A DNA stretch of 64,000 nt, from positions 1 to 64,000 of IMG/VR virus record IMGVR_UViG_3300032173_000003; one strand, 5' to 3'. The notes under the pieces are model-generated. The model did no database searches and had not been told where the DNA came from. It saw only the letters and a list, made by a program, of their open reading frames with translations. Source of the DNA: a virus. Positions 28,051-37,619 of this stretch are shown piece by piece. Numbering within the stretch: position 1 is the stretch's first letter; each line of letters begins with the position of its first letter. Both the position numbers and the translations under genes were made by a program.

Positions 28051-29436
28051 TCAACCCTCTTTCCAACCTCCCGGAACATTGACCCTTCTTTTTTGAGAGA
28101 CTTCATTTTTGAGCCTAACTGCCCATACTGACCCTTCCTTTGAGATGGGGTTTTCTACGTCACAAAAAGATACAGGCCATACATCGAAGCGGTCTTTTAG
28201 CCGTTTAATCAGCTGGTAGAACTCAGTGTCTGCTTCCGAGTTTGGTCCTAGCCTTGGCACTTGGATTTCCAAAGACCCAAAGAATCTGCCCATGCCTACA
28301 TCGTAAGTTTCCAGAATCTTGCCATATGCTTTTCCACTTACAATATCATCTTCGGTCAGCTCCAAGAGACCTTCAATCATCTCTTTTGTGGGGGCTTTCC
28401 TGACATTTTCATCCTTGGACGAGCGGCTAAATATAGAGTTATCAACAATGCGGTAGAATCTATTTAGATTGGCCAGCAAAGACTGCTTGTGCTCCCGAAC
28501 CTTCCTTTGAACCTTCCTAATGGTGTTACCTTTAAGCGGATTATAACCAACGATTTTGCAGAAGTACAGGTCTTCATAACTTTGGCCCTTCCTTAGGGTT
28601 TGAATCTCATTTGTTGCACAAGCGAGTAAGACTTGAAGTTCCCGTGAGCTGATTCCGTTAAACCCGCTAGGAAGGTTAGTAAGAACATAATCGGCAGCGG
28701 CTATCCAACCGAAATACGCACGAGAGTAGTCACCCACCACTATCACATTGTCTGTATATGCCGTGTCATTGGGGTACTTTTCTAACCATTCTAGTCCAGG
28801 TAAGTACCGGGGGGCATGTTGATTGCTAGAGTAGGAAACTTTAAACTCAGGGATTAACTTAGCTACTTCTTCTTCAGTTTTTCTCTCTACAAGGGTAGGA
28901 TCTAAGGGTTCTGAATGTCCGAGCAGATAGTACAAGTCCGGGGTAATAACATCCAGTGTCTCAGTCAGGAGCTTTAGGTCTTTCTTTCTCGATTCATACT
29001 CCTTCTGTTTAGTATTGTTTGATAGTGCCTCTAGCAGTTCTTCCCATTGCCCCTGAGTAATGGAGTCAACAAAATGCCAAAACTCTGACACCTTCCCCCA
29101 GTTTTCACCGAGGATTTTTTCAGGTTCGTTAAGTACGATGGCCGGACTCTGACTCGAAAGGTCATTAAACCTTCGCAGAAGAATGGAGTGAATCACACTT
29201 ATTCCTAGGGTCTTGGCTGTAACTTCGTCAAGATTTAAGCCTGAGTTGCCGTACGTTAACCCTTTCCAAAAAGCTTGAAAGTCCATCACCCCCATACCCT
29301 TGGAAATCATAATCGCTTCACTCTGGGCACAGGGGCTGAGACCGTTTTCCTCTCTCACCAGTTCGTATCCTTTGCCGGGCATACCCTCAAGCTGAGACCA
29401 TTTTTTCGTGAGTTCTTTAATTAGTGAAGTGTTCAT
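28051..29436 (-). CDS. hypothetical protein (461 aa)
   Basis: Long open frame; no motif recognised. Confidence 0.8.
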   Translation of the reverse strand: MNTSLIKELTKKWSQLEGMPGKGYELVREENGLSPCAQSEAIMISKGMGVMDFQAFWKGLTYGNSGLNLDEVTAKTLGISVIHSILLRRFNDLSSQSPAIVLNEPEKILGENWGKVSEFWHFVDSITQGQWEELLEALSNNTKQKEYESRKKDLKLLTETLDVITPDLYYLLGHSEPLDPTLVERKTEEEVAKLIPEFKVSYSSNQHAPRYLPGLEWLEKYPNDTAYTDNVIVVGDYSRAYFGWIAAADYVLTNLPSGFNGISSRELQVLLACATNEIQTLRKGQSYEDLYFCKIVGYNPLKGNTIRKVQRKVREHKQSLLANLNRFYRIVDNSIFSRSSKDENVRKAPTKEMIEGLLELTEDDIVSGKAYGKILETYDVGMGRFFGSLEIQVPRLGPNSEADTEFYQLIKRLKDRFDVWPVSFCDVENPISKEGSVWAVRLKNEVSQKRRVNVPGGWKEG

Positions 29437-29464
29437 TTTGTGAGTTTACTTGTTGTCGGTTAAA

Positions 29465-29554
29465 TAGGCGTGTAGGGAGTCGAACCCTAACTAGCCGGTA
29501 ATCTGCCGGAGTGGTCTTCATAAGGGACCCTGTGCTACCGTACACCACACGCCC
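29465..29554 (-). tRNA. tRNA with TAT anticodon (nominally Ile) and long variable arm
   Basis: GGGCGTG/CACGCCT acceptor; loop CT-TAT-GA; V-arm CCGG CAGATTA CCGG; TAGGG TTCGACT CCCTA. Confidence 0.8.
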
Positions 29555-29804
29555 AAGAAAAAGAGTCAGTAGACTCTTTAGCACAAGTAGTTTACCCTGG
29601 GGGAGTCAAGCTGCGGCAGATGCCACAGGTTGGTACTCGTTGAGAGCTTGATTTACTTCTACTGAGGTTTCCGCCTTATAGAGATTAAGCAGGAGGTAGG
29701 ACGCTGCGGGGTCCTTTTCAGGGAGTTTAGCAAGCAGAGTAGCAATAGACTTTGCCATTTTGTTTGAGGTGTTTGTCGTTGGGATTTGGCTGCTTAGCAA
29801 CCAA

Positions 29805-29878
29805 CGACCCCTGATGGATTCGAACCATCGACCGACCGCTTAGAAGGCGGTTGCTCTAGTCCACTGAGCTAAGGGGCC
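29805..29878 (-). tRNA. tRNA-Arg(TCT)
   Basis: Canonical cloverleaf; ACCGC CT-TCT-AA GCGGT. Confidence 0.95.
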
Positions 29879-29912
29879 TTGTTTGAGGGGTGTGCGCCCC
29901 TCCCTCCCTATT

Positions 29913-30197
29913 TTAGGAAGCACTGACCAGTCTGTAAACGTTTCCCAGCTTAGCCCGCATTGTGGGCTCCAGGATGGCATAGTTGGGGTCCTTTAGGGCC
30001 TTGTCTACCGAAGGTTGGTCCTTCCAAAAGATCAGGATGGTAATTTGACCAGCAGGGTACCTGACATACTGTTTATTGATGTAGCCCGGTTGTCTTTGCA
30101 ACCACGATGTCCAAACCTCTTCATCAGCGGATATAAAGGTTTCAACCAACTCAGGGGCAACTTGGAAATGCAATCTTTCAATCTTCATTGGGCTCAC
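29913..30197 (-). CDS. cyanobacterial TIGR03792/ABM-like protein
   Basis: IERL.FQV.P...FI.ADEEVWT.WL..QPG. Confidence 0.65.
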   Translation of the reverse strand: MSPMKIERLHFQVAPELVETFISADEEVWTSWLQRQPGYINKQYVRYPAGQITILIFWKDQPSVDKALKDPNYAILEPTMRAKLGNVYRLVSAS

Positions 30198-30462
30198 CAG
30201 TCCACTCTTCCCACTTGTCGATTGGGCAACGCATGTTTGCGAAAGATGCCTTTATCCCAAGTATGCATAAACATATGTCACACTGGTCTGTATTTTCCAT
30301 GTAATGGTTACATTCATGGCAAATGTCTAACCTGTTTTTTCGTATTGACCTTGGGGCCAGTTTAGGGTTTTCTAGCACTCTCTTTGCGCTATCTCGGAGG
30401 GAGTCGCCAAAGGAACGTCTACAACAGTCTTCAGCCATTCTCCTTTCTCCGTTTTTGAACAA
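30178..30462 (-). CDS. Cys-rich DUF6171-like protein
   Basis: RLDICHEC...CDICLC...RCPIDKW. Confidence 0.65.
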   Translation of the reverse strand: MFKNGERRMAEDCCRRSFGDSLRDSAKRVLENPKLAPRSIRKNRLDICHECNHYMENTDQCDICLCILGIKASFANMRCPIDKWEEWTGEPNED

Positions 30463-31147
30463 GTTTCATCCTCTCACTTTGAGCTTTTTTGTCTTCTTCA
30501 GACCATTTTTTATATGGTCCCCTCTTCTTACCCGTTCGGGAAGCAGACATTTTAGCCTTAGATTCCACAGAAGCTTTCTTACCCGTAAGGGATTTCCTAA
30601 GTTTGTCTTTAGTTTCTTCTGTCAGGGTAACTCCCTTTCGGGAGCCGGGTTTACCTTTCTTGGCCTCCGAAACTTTTTTAGCCACTTTTGGATCTTTCAT
30701 CGGGTTGTTGTTTTTCATTCGCTCTGAGTGAGCTTTTTTCATCTCAGGGGTCATCGGGGCCTGATTTTTGCCCTGATAGTCTGGGTTATTCGGGCCTCTA
30801 AACTTTTCTTTAGACTCCTCTGACCAAAACCGTCCAGGAACTCCCGGTTTGCCTCTACGTTGAGCGGCAACTTTTTCCGCAGTCTCTGGATTTTTCATAG
30901 GGTTTTCTTCAGTTTTAAATCTTCTTGAGTGTTCCGCCCTGACTGCTGCCCTTAGTTCGGAGCTAAGGTATCTCCAACCCTCGTGCCTATAGTCAAACTG
31001 TCTATCAAGTCCCTGTACGTACCTGTTAGCGTGGAGTTCAGCGTGAGTAATGAAGTCAATTTCCTCTAGGTTCCAGTCGTCGTCAGTGCCCCCTAAGTGC
31101 CGGGGTACTACGTGGTGATTGTGGTTTTTCATTATTTTGGCCAACAA
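30431..31147 (-). CDS. HNH homing endonuclease with NUMOD3-like repeats
   Basis: HHVVPRHLGGTDD..NL...HAELH; repeated NPMK and SEETK.K.S motifs. Confidence 0.85.
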   Translation of the reverse strand: MLAKIMKNHNHHVVPRHLGGTDDDWNLEEIDFITHAELHANRYVQGLDRQFDYRHEGWRYLSSELRAAVRAEHSRRFKTEENPMKNPETAEKVAAQRRGKPGVPGRFWSEESKEKFRGPNNPDYQGKNQAPMTPEMKKAHSERMKNNNPMKDPKVAKKVSEAKKGKPGSRKGVTLTEETKDKLRKSLTGKKASVESKAKMSASRTGKKRGPYKKWSEEDKKAQSERMKLVQKRRKENG

Positions 31148-31166
31148 GGTTATCTTTACCCTTACC

Positions 31167-31862
31167 TCAATCCCAATACTTGTGCAGCGTCTCTACGTGC
31201 CTCAAGATGATAGAACTGTCCGTGAACCTATACGTATCTTTAAGACTTTGCGTATCTTTAAAGTGGGAAAGTTCTGAAAGTACCGCCCTAGTAACAGCAC
31301 AATCCGAAATGTAGTCCCTATACCAAAATGTGTCAAACTTCTCCAGGTAAATAAGGAAAGGGTCGGCATAGGTCCAGGTAAACTTGGGCTTTGCGTTTTG
31401 TTTACCGTGTAACGAATGGATGTAACCCACTGGGGTATAATCGTTATCTTCATCGTGACCCAAGTCAAACTCCGAGTACTCACTGCTCTGGTGACTTTCG
31501 AGCCAACCCCAATTCAAGCTACGCCAAAAGTCCCCCCTGTAAGAGCGTGACCACACATCCTCTTCAGAACTGGTGAGGGTGCGGCCCCAGAATTTTGTGA
31601 TTTGGGGGATGATACGCAGAGCTTCACGGGGACTTGCTTTACGAAAGAAGCTTTCTAAAAGGTCAATGCGATGCTTCTCGGGATCGGCAATACTGATAAC
31701 CCTTTGATAGTCTTCGGAAGCCGCCTGGAAGTGAACTTTAATGTATTCCTCTTCCTCCTTTTCAACTTTGAAAGTTATATTGACCCTTAGGAAAGGTATT
31801 GAGCCTGCTCCGTCAGAAGGGCGTTCATCCACCCTAAAGCTGGTGATTTGGATAAAACTCAT
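31167..31862 (-). CDS. hypothetical protein
   Basis: 231-aa ORF. Confidence 0.7.
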   Translation of the reverse strand: MSFIQITSFRVDERPSDGAGSIPFLRVNITFKVEKEEEEYIKVHFQAASEDYQRVISIADPEKHRIDLLESFFRKASPREALRIIPQITKFWGRTLTSSEEDVWSRSYRGDFWRSLNWGWLESHQSSEYSEFDLGHDEDNDYTPVGYIHSLHGKQNAKPKFTWTYADPFLIYLEKFDTFWYRDYISDCAVTRAVLSELSHFKDTQSLKDTYRFTDSSIILRHVETLHKYWD

Positions 31863-32166
31863 GACATACCCAGAGCAGCTCTAAAGAAACTGGTAATCTC
31901 AAGTTTGGAACCATGGTTGACATTGTACTTATTGCATACTTCAATTAGTTTTTTCTCATAGTCAAGGTGGGGGTGCGAAAGACCAATAACCCTGAGCCTA
32001 TCGACAAAGGACTCTTTGACAACATCTGTCAATGCTGCAAGGTCTTCTTCATCAATGTTAACGGTTTTTGTGCATATGGCCGGGTGGTATTCGTATGTGA
32101 TTTCCATTGAGTGTCTCTGTGAGGGTAAAGTGGGGCAAAGTCAAACTCTACCCCACCGGTAAGCGA

Positions 32167-33000
32167 TCAGACGGCAGCCATCTCAGTCAAGACGCTCATT
32201 GCACGGCGGTTGATGGACGCCCCAGCACCGAAGTTGCTGTAGTTGAACCGACCAGCAACAGTCTTGCGGCTACGGTTAGAGCCGAAGTCGGTGATTCCGT
32301 TGAAGGCATCGTAGAAAGTCCTACCTTCATTACCGCCGCCCGTACCAGAGACAAACAGCTCGGTGAAGGTCTCAACGTTGCGCATCTTGGCGATATCTTT
32401 TTGGTAGACAGCTTCCAGAGCAGTTTGGAACTGGTCGATGCTGCAAGGAGCAGAAGCCAAGGTCTCAACTTTGGTTGCATAGATACGCATCGAGTCGTTG
32501 ACATAGCTGACAACGGCATCAGAAGCCAGGACACGGTTGTTAACACCCTCCATGTGGCGATAGCGCTCACTCAGGTCACTGTAGGCCATTGCAAAAGTAT
32601 TCCCGCAAATGACACGAGTGGCTGAGTTACCGATTGCCACACTGGCGTTACCCGTGTGCCCATTCAGCAAGGTGATGTAGGCTTTGTAGTCCTCACCAAG
32701 AACTTGGAACTCCTGGTTGATGCGAGCTTGGATAAACACCTTGGCCCCGTGGTTAAGGAACCCGATGTTCTCAATGTTGAGCACACCTTCGGAAACCATT
32801 GGATCGACCAGCTTGCGGAGGTCGGCATTCTGAACCGTTTCATATGCAGAGGAAACAACGCCGAGGGCACGACCGGTATCGGCACGAACCACAGCGGCTT
32901 TCTCGTCCCACTGAACCGGCTGACCATCGTTGCCAGCGAAGAACAGAGGGCGCTTCTCAACGGCCCAATCCAGGTTATCGGTCAGAGCGAAAGTAGTCAT
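32167..33000 (-). CDS. DUF932 (TIGR03299 phage/plasmid-like) protein
   Basis: LDW.VEKRPL, LGVVS..YETVQN, LLNGHTG, RVICGNT. Confidence 0.85.
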   Translation of the reverse strand: MTTFALTDNLDWAVEKRPLFFAGNDGQPVQWDEKAAVVRADTGRALGVVSSAYETVQNADLRKLVDPMVSEGVLNIENIGFLNHGAKVFIQARINQEFQVLGEDYKAYITLLNGHTGNASVAIGNSATRVICGNTFAMAYSDLSERYRHMEGVNNRVLASDAVVSYVNDSMRIYATKVETLASAPCSIDQFQTALEAVYQKDIAKMRNVETFTELFVSGTGGGNEGRTFYDAFNGITDFGSNRSRKTVAGRFNYSNFGAGASINRRAMSVLTEMAAV

Positions 33001-33095
33001 TTTGGTTTAGGGGTGGTGGTTTAGGGGGCGGGTCGCCTCCAGTGATTTAATTATAGCAGCCTAGGGGGCAAAAGTAAACCCCCTAGTTTAAGGGC

Positions 33096-33296
33096 TCACT
33101 GGCGTTCCCATCGCTGGCTGCAGCGTTGGTTGCAACGCAGCTCAGACACAGGGTAATCAAAGCCTTGCTTAAAGGCATTCTCCTGCACCTCCTGAGCGCT
33201 GTCGCCCGTGATAGTGCGCTGGGTTGAGGCTTGGGCGGGATAGCTCGTTATGATTGCTGCCAGGGCAACCATTGCTAGTGCTAGAGTTTTAGTCAT
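33096..33296 (-). CDS. small secreted protein
   Basis: Signal-peptide-like N-terminus ending AQA. Confidence 0.55.
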   Translation of the reverse strand: MTKTLALAMVALAAIITSYPAQASTQRTITGDSAQEVQENAFKQGFDYPVSELRCNQRCSQRWERQ

Positions 33297-33300
33297 TGTG

Positions 33301-34047
33301 TCAGGGAACTAGGGAGAACAATTTCAGGGATTTGCATTCCACATCATAGAGACAAAGGTTCATCTCGGATACGGGGACGGGGTCACGGGAGCTACCACCC
33401 ATTTGCCCGTCAAGTACCAGGCTATAGTCACTGATATGAATTGCATGGTAGTGCCCAGCTACTCGAACCCAAGTGCGGTTAGGCTCTTTGTTCCACCAGT
33501 AAACACGCTCGTTAGGTCCCCCAGGAGTCGAATACGAAGGTCCGAACATCATTAGGTCCCGCTCTTTGCGACTAGCTTCCTTCACCAGGTAATGACCGTC
33601 GTACGCAGGTATTTCCATTTGGGAGGGGAAGCAGGCGTGAGAGCAGCGGTATTCCACCCCAGCGGAGTCACGGAAGACGATTCCGTATGGGAACGATAGA
33701 AGCCACGGCAAGAGTTCTCCCTTGGTGTCGATACCACCCTTTTCAAAGTCAGAGAGAGTCTGCCTAAGGTCTTGGAAGATGCGCACGTTGTTACCTTTCA
33801 GGTACCGCTCTAGCTTATCTTGGTGATTGCTTCGAAGAACAACCATACCGGGGAGAGACTCTTGAGCCTCCCGAACTGCTTTGTAAACAGCTACTGAGTC
33901 ACTCGTATCGCACCGAGAATCAAACAGATCTCCAAGCAAGATGGGCGTCAGCTTGTTGTTATAGCAGTGGTCCAGTGCTTCCAGCAAAGGTCCGGGTTGG
34001 GAATGAACATCCCCGATCAAGGCGTAGTTGTGTTGGGGCATTTTCAT
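33301..34047 (-). CDS. metallophosphoesterase (Pnkp phosphatase-like)
   Basis: IGDVHS, LGDLFD, SNHQ.KL.RY, GHYH; promoter at 34064. Confidence 0.8.
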   Translation of the reverse strand: MKMPQHNYALIGDVHSQPGPLLEALDHCYNNKLTPILLGDLFDSRCDTSDSVAVYKAVREAQESLPGMVVLRSNHQDKLERYLKGNNVRIFQDLRQTLSDFEKGGIDTKGELLPWLLSFPYGIVFRDSAGVEYRCSHACFPSQMEIPAYDGHYLVKEASRKERDLMMFGPSYSTPGGPNERVYWWNKEPNRTWVRVAGHYHAIHISDYSLVLDGQMGGSSRDPVPVSEMNLCLYDVECKSLKLFSLVP

Positions 34048-34087
34048 TAAATGGCTATACTGTATTATAGCACGGAAGCCCCGGCTG

Positions 34088-34591
34088 TCAAGCCCCCGTG
34101 TATTCAACCAATGTGACAACAGCCCAGGGCTTGACATCCTTTGCGAACTGCTCCAGTTTGGCCACAATCAGTGCCTCATCGCCTCCGGCAAGTCCGCACC
34201 CAATCTTGGGGAAGCCGATCCGCATCGGTGAGAGGAACTCGTTGGCTAGCCGACCCGTGTACCCGCACAGACGGTTAAGCAAAGTGTCAAAGGCTTCGTA
34301 TTCAAAAACGTCTTTGTTTCGGCTATAGGTATGTTGGGTGTAGGCATTGATAATGAAGAAGAAACCTCTGCCATTACCGCTAACAAGAGCATCGCTCCAA
34401 TTGCCAAGTTTGTCCTTAGAGCCATAAACCGTGGCCTTATCAGCAGCAACTGCTGCGGGAAACTTCTTAGCAATCTGACCTGCAATGCCTGATTTCATTG
34501 CGTGAAAGCAGTTACAACCGTGAACAATCACATCGAACTGACCACCTTCTGCCAAAGCCAGTAAGTCACCCTCAATAACTTGCAAAGTCAT
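34088..34591 (-). CDS. macrodomain ADP-ribose hydrolase
   Basis: GDLL, VHGCNCF, GIAGQI, NAYTQ, FPKIGCGLAGG. Confidence 0.9.
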   Translation of the reverse strand: MTLQVIEGDLLALAEGGQFDVIVHGCNCFHAMKSGIAGQIAKKFPAAVAADKATVYGSKDKLGNWSDALVSGNGRGFFFIINAYTQHTYSRNKDVFEYEAFDTLLNRLCGYTGRLANEFLSPMRIGFPKIGCGLAGGDEALIVAKLEQFAKDVKPWAVVTLVEYTGA

Positions 34592-34860
34592 TTCCTCTCC
34601 GCAACTTGAAAGTTAAGCTCAGCGTAGTGGTCAGTCAGATAGGACTTGATTTCTTTGAGTTTTGCAAGTTGGGCATCCCTATCTGCCTTCGCATTGTTGA
34701 AGGCGTCCGGACCTTGGACGTAGTAATCACGTGCGTGGAACTCAATGTCGTGGAACTTGTCAATGGCTTCTTCCAGGGCGCGGTAAGCGTTACGGTAGCC
34801 ATCAAGCAGGGTACCACCCCCTGAGCCGTTAATGTGGACGGTAGGTAAAGTGCGAGTCAT
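34588..34860 (-). CDS. hypothetical phage protein
   Basis: PTVHINGS...HARDYYVQ. Confidence 0.65.
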   Translation of the reverse strand: MTRTLPTVHINGSGGGTLLDGYRNAYRALEEAIDKFHDIEFHARDYYVQGPDAFNNAKADRDAQLAKLKEIKSYLTDHYAELNFQVAERK

Positions 34861-34869
34861 TTAGTCCTC

Positions 34870-35313
34870 TTAGTTAATAGTGTTGGTGCCGTCTAGCTCG
34901 GCGGTGATGGCGCGGGGTTGTCGTTGTACAAAGTGTGCAAGATCGTTACCCGGCCAAAATCTTTTTCTGTTGTTTGATGCTACTTCCCCTTCTTCGTTGA
35001 AAGTATCTAGCCAGTGGCTATTGCGCCAATCATTGTGGAAACCCTTGTACCCTCCACGATTCTCCCGGTAGTACATAGTGATCTTTGAAGCATACCATTC
35101 GTCGTATTCGCCAACCTCACGGGCAGACATAGTGAACTTACACTCGGGAATGTTATTTGTTTTCACTCCCCAAACTCCGGTGTGTGCTTCAGGGTTATTG
35201 TGCCATACGTCTCTGGCACTTAGCCATTCTCCTGAAATAGCGCACCAACTTTCAACGGGATGAAGACCACCTAAAGCTACTCGATAGTGAATGCAGGATG
35301 AACAAGGTGACAT
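34870..35313 (-). CDS. hypothetical Cys-containing protein
   Basis: CSSCIHY start. Confidence 0.6.
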   Translation of the reverse strand: MSPCSSCIHYRVALGGLHPVESWCAISGEWLSARDVWHNNPEAHTGVWGVKTNNIPECKFTMSAREVGEYDEWYASKITMYYRENRGGYKGFHNDWRNSHWLDTFNEEGEVASNNRKRFWPGNDLAHFVQRQPRAITAELDGTNTIN

Positions 35314-35558
35314 TAGTTAGAACCCTCCAGCTCGGCGGCGATGGCTAGCAAGTAGCCGCGAGTCGTATTCTGCGCTAACCACTGGCCATATTCAAACTCG
35401 ATGTTTGGGTCGGGGCGATCCGAAATCGGCACCACCAGATCAGCAGCAGCCCGCAGGGCGGCGGCAGCAATCCAAGGTGCATAGCACTCGGCATTAACTT
35501 CAAACAAGGCAGCATCCAGCACGGCCTGAGCGGCGGGGGATAGCGGTTGGTCAGTCAT
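35313..35558 (-). CDS. modular hypothetical protein (LSPAAQAVLDA family)
   Basis: LSPAAQAVLDA...AAALRAAAD...LLAIAAELE. Confidence 0.7.
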   Translation of the reverse strand: MTDQPLSPAAQAVLDAALFEVNAECYAPWIAAAALRAAADLVVPISDRPDPNIEFEYGQWLAQNTTRGYLLAIAAELEGSN

Positions 35559-36033
35559 TTGGCAGGGCCTCGGCGGCGATGGCAGGCATCGGCAGCGCCC
35601 AGTGGGGGAGCCAGTGGGTGTGAATGGTCTGATTGATCCTGGTCAGCTTCCAGTGATCCAGTACAGGATTAAACGCCCACACTGCTTCAAAAGGATTGCA
35701 ATCAGAAAACTCAGGCCACCGCTCGCTCACCGGCTCGGGCTGGGCCAGGGCGGCGCGGGCTTTTTCAAGCACGTCTTCGATATTCAGGTCTAGATATGCG
35801 CTGCCACCCCTATCTTCGTCCAGCAGGTGCGGGGCCTCACCCCAGACCATTGTGTGAAGTTCCTGCAGCTGCTGGATCAGCTCAGCGCACAGGGCTTTGT
35901 AATCGGGGTCAGGCATTGAAACTTTCTTCACTTGTGGGACCAGCGGCGTGGTGCTTGAATAAGGTATTCGGTAGGGTCTTCTCCACTTCGCCAAGCATTG
36001 CGTATTGCTTTGGGAAAGAATGTTTGCCCACAA
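35551..36033 (-). CDS. modular hypothetical protein (DYKALCAEL family)
   Basis: Start probably MPDPDY; ARAALAQPEPVSER and THWLPHWALP modules. Confidence 0.65.
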   Translation of the reverse strand: MWANILSQSNTQCLAKWRRPYRIPYSSTTPLVPQVKKVSMPDPDYKALCAELIQQLQELHTMVWGEAPHLLDEDRGGSAYLDLNIEDVLEKARAALAQPEPVSERWPEFSDCNPFEAVWAFNPVLDHWKLTRINQTIHTHWLPHWALPMPAIAAEALPND

Positions 36034-36715
36034 TTACTATAGCCGGCGCAAGATGCACCACTTTGATATGCAGATCCCGCCATGGGTTTGTATAAACCAG
36101 CGGCTTGGACCCACTCGCTAAAGGTAAGTCCTTCGCAGTTGATGTCGTGATAGGCCATGTTTATTGCGTTTTTAGGGTTGGGTTAATAAAAGATACTGAT
36201 TCAGACCAGTATTCATTTGTAAGAGCCTTTTTGTTCAATTCCTCAACTCTGTCTTCCGCTTCTTTCAAGGTCTGATAAATCTCAAATGGACGGGCGGAAA
36301 ATCTGGCAAGTGGGCTTTTACGCTCTGTCATGACAACGTACATTTTTGAAGTCATTTCAGCTGGCCTCCTCCTGCAAATAGCCGAACAGCTCCTGTAACA
36401 GGGCGTTACCCGCAAGGTCCAGAGGGGCGGGGGCGGCCTTCATGTTGAACTCTTTGAGCAACCAGCGAGCAGCGGCTCTCCCAGATTCGGAGTAGGGCTC
36501 GGCAGTGGCCAGTTGCTGGAAGAAGGATACCCTGGCAGAACGGTCGCCAATGAAGAACTGACCGATAGTGTGGAAACCGACCAGACCTACGGTTCCGAAG
36601 AAAGCGCCAGGGGCAGCAGCGTATATGGTGCTCACGGGGTCACTTGGTTGACTACCCCCATATCATACCACAAAACCCAGACGGGTGCAACCTGCCTGGG
36701 CTTGTGGATTTGGAA

Positions 36716-36834
36716 TGGGACCGGCAGGATTCGAACCATGCAACCACTCCTTTAAACGAGGTATTTTTTAATTGCTGATGTATCTTGTACAAGATAACTT
36801 TTATTTAGTGCTCTACCAGTTGAGCTACGGTCCC
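36716..36834 (-). ncRNA. tRNA-like RNA with anticodon arm replaced by a hairpin+CAGCAA insert (unit 1)
   Basis: GGGACCG/CGGTCCC acceptor, GCTC/GAGC D-arm, TTCGAAT T-loop; insert TATCTT-GTAC-AAGATA then CAGCAA. Confidence 0.85.
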
Positions 36835-36864
36835 AAGTTTCCGGGTGTCTACCCCGGTTTTAAC

Positions 36865-36918
36865 TAGATAGTTGTTTTTCCTTTGGGTTAGCGAGAAGGT
36901 GTTTAGCTGAACTATCTA
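36865..36918 (-). ncRNA. stem+CAGCTA hairpin RNA (unit 2)
   Basis: TAGATAGTT CAGCTA ... AACTATCTA. Confidence 0.7.
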
Positions 36919-36938
36919 CGTTTTTCAAAGAAAAACAA

Positions 36939-37061
36939 TCGAAGAGGCAAGATTCGAACTTGCGTATAGCGGTTCCCTTAGTGTATTTAATTGCTGAATC
37001 ATCTCTATCGAGATAATTTTTTTTTTACATGACCGCTGCCTGACCACTCGGCTACTCTTCG
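36939..37061 (-). ncRNA. tRNA-like RNA with a 58-nt anticodon loop containing hairpin+CAGCAA (unit 3)
   Basis: CGAAGAG/CTCTTCG; GCGGT/ACCGC; AATTATCTC-GATA-GAGATGATT CAGCAA; GCAAG TTCGAAT CTTGC. Confidence 0.88.
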
Positions 37062-37067
37062 TTATTC

Positions 37068-37152
37068 AAGGTGAGTTTTGCTGGATTTGAACCAGCTAAC
37101 TTGGGGTGTTAAACCCCGCGTATTAACCTATTTTTAATAGCTGCCTCACCTT
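37068..37152 (-). ncRNA. stem+CAGCTA RNA enclosing anticodon-like and T-arm hairpins (unit 4)
   Basis: AAGGTGAG G CAGCTA ... GGGG TTTAACA CCCC ... GCTGG TTCAAAT CCAGC ... CTCACCTT. Confidence 0.75.
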
Positions 37153-37179
37153 CTGAGGTTGTTTCCGTTAAACGGAAAA

Positions 37180-37298
37180 TCGGGGAAGAAGGAATCGAAC
37201 CTCCGTCACGTCCTGTCTGATGGAATTTTAGTAATTGCTGTCTGTACCTTAAACAAGATAACTGTTAATTACGTGTGCTACCACTGCACCATTCCCCA
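37180..37298 (-). ncRNA. tRNA-like RNA with hairpin+CAGCAA insert (unit 5)
   Basis: TGGGGAA/TTCCCCG; GTGC/GCAC D-arm; TATCTTG-TT-TAAGGTA then CAGCAA; GGAGG TTCGATT CCTTC. Confidence 0.85.
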
Positions 37299-37344
37299 TT
37301 GTTGCCCCGGTAAACTACCGGGGGAAATTGACTTTAGTGAAACA

Positions 37345-37395
37345 AGATGGTTGGGTTTCTGTTGAAAAGAAAGGTTTTTGATTGCTGAACCATCT
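37345..37395 (-). ncRNA. stem+CAGCAA hairpin RNA (unit 6, first in transcript)
   Basis: AGATGGTT CAGCAA ... AACCATCT, immediately downstream of the promoter. Confidence 0.75.
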
Positions 37396-37401
37396 GGGTG
37401 T

Positions 37402-37430
37402 ATTATAGCAGTGTTGCTTGGGCGGTAAAC
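37402..37430 (-). promoter_or_regulatory. promoter of the ncRNA array
   Basis: GTTTAC-17-TATAAT with extended TGC. Confidence 0.75.
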
Positions 37431-37433
37431 GGC

Positions 37434-37619
37434 CTACTTCTCGTGAGTGGCAAGCTGTAAAATCAACCAGAGGGCCGTAATCCCCAGCAAAAAGACAGGC
37501 ACAAGTGTGGGGGCCATCACGGTAAGCCAGGGCCAGGAGACCTGACCCGTTACTTTCAAAGTTATGAAAACGGTCTGCAGAACAGTGTTTAGAGCGCCCA
37601 GCAGTTTGAATTGGGTCAT
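37434..37619 (-). CDS. small membrane protein
   Basis: FITLKVTGQVSWPWLTVMAP; paralog of 49909..50163. Confidence 0.7.
   Translation of the reverse strand: MTQFKLLGALNTVLQTVFITLKVTGQVSWPWLTVMAPTLVPVFLLGITALWLILQLATHEK

Noticed and set aside
37102-37118. Ochre suppressor anticodon in unit 4
   Set aside because: The loop centres on TAA rather than TTA, and the unit has no acceptor stem
36716-37395. CRISPR array or group I intron-containing tRNAs
   Set aside because: No identical direct repeats and no cas genes; inserts of about 50-60 nt are far too short for group I introns, and removing them does not clearly restore a U33 anticodon loop
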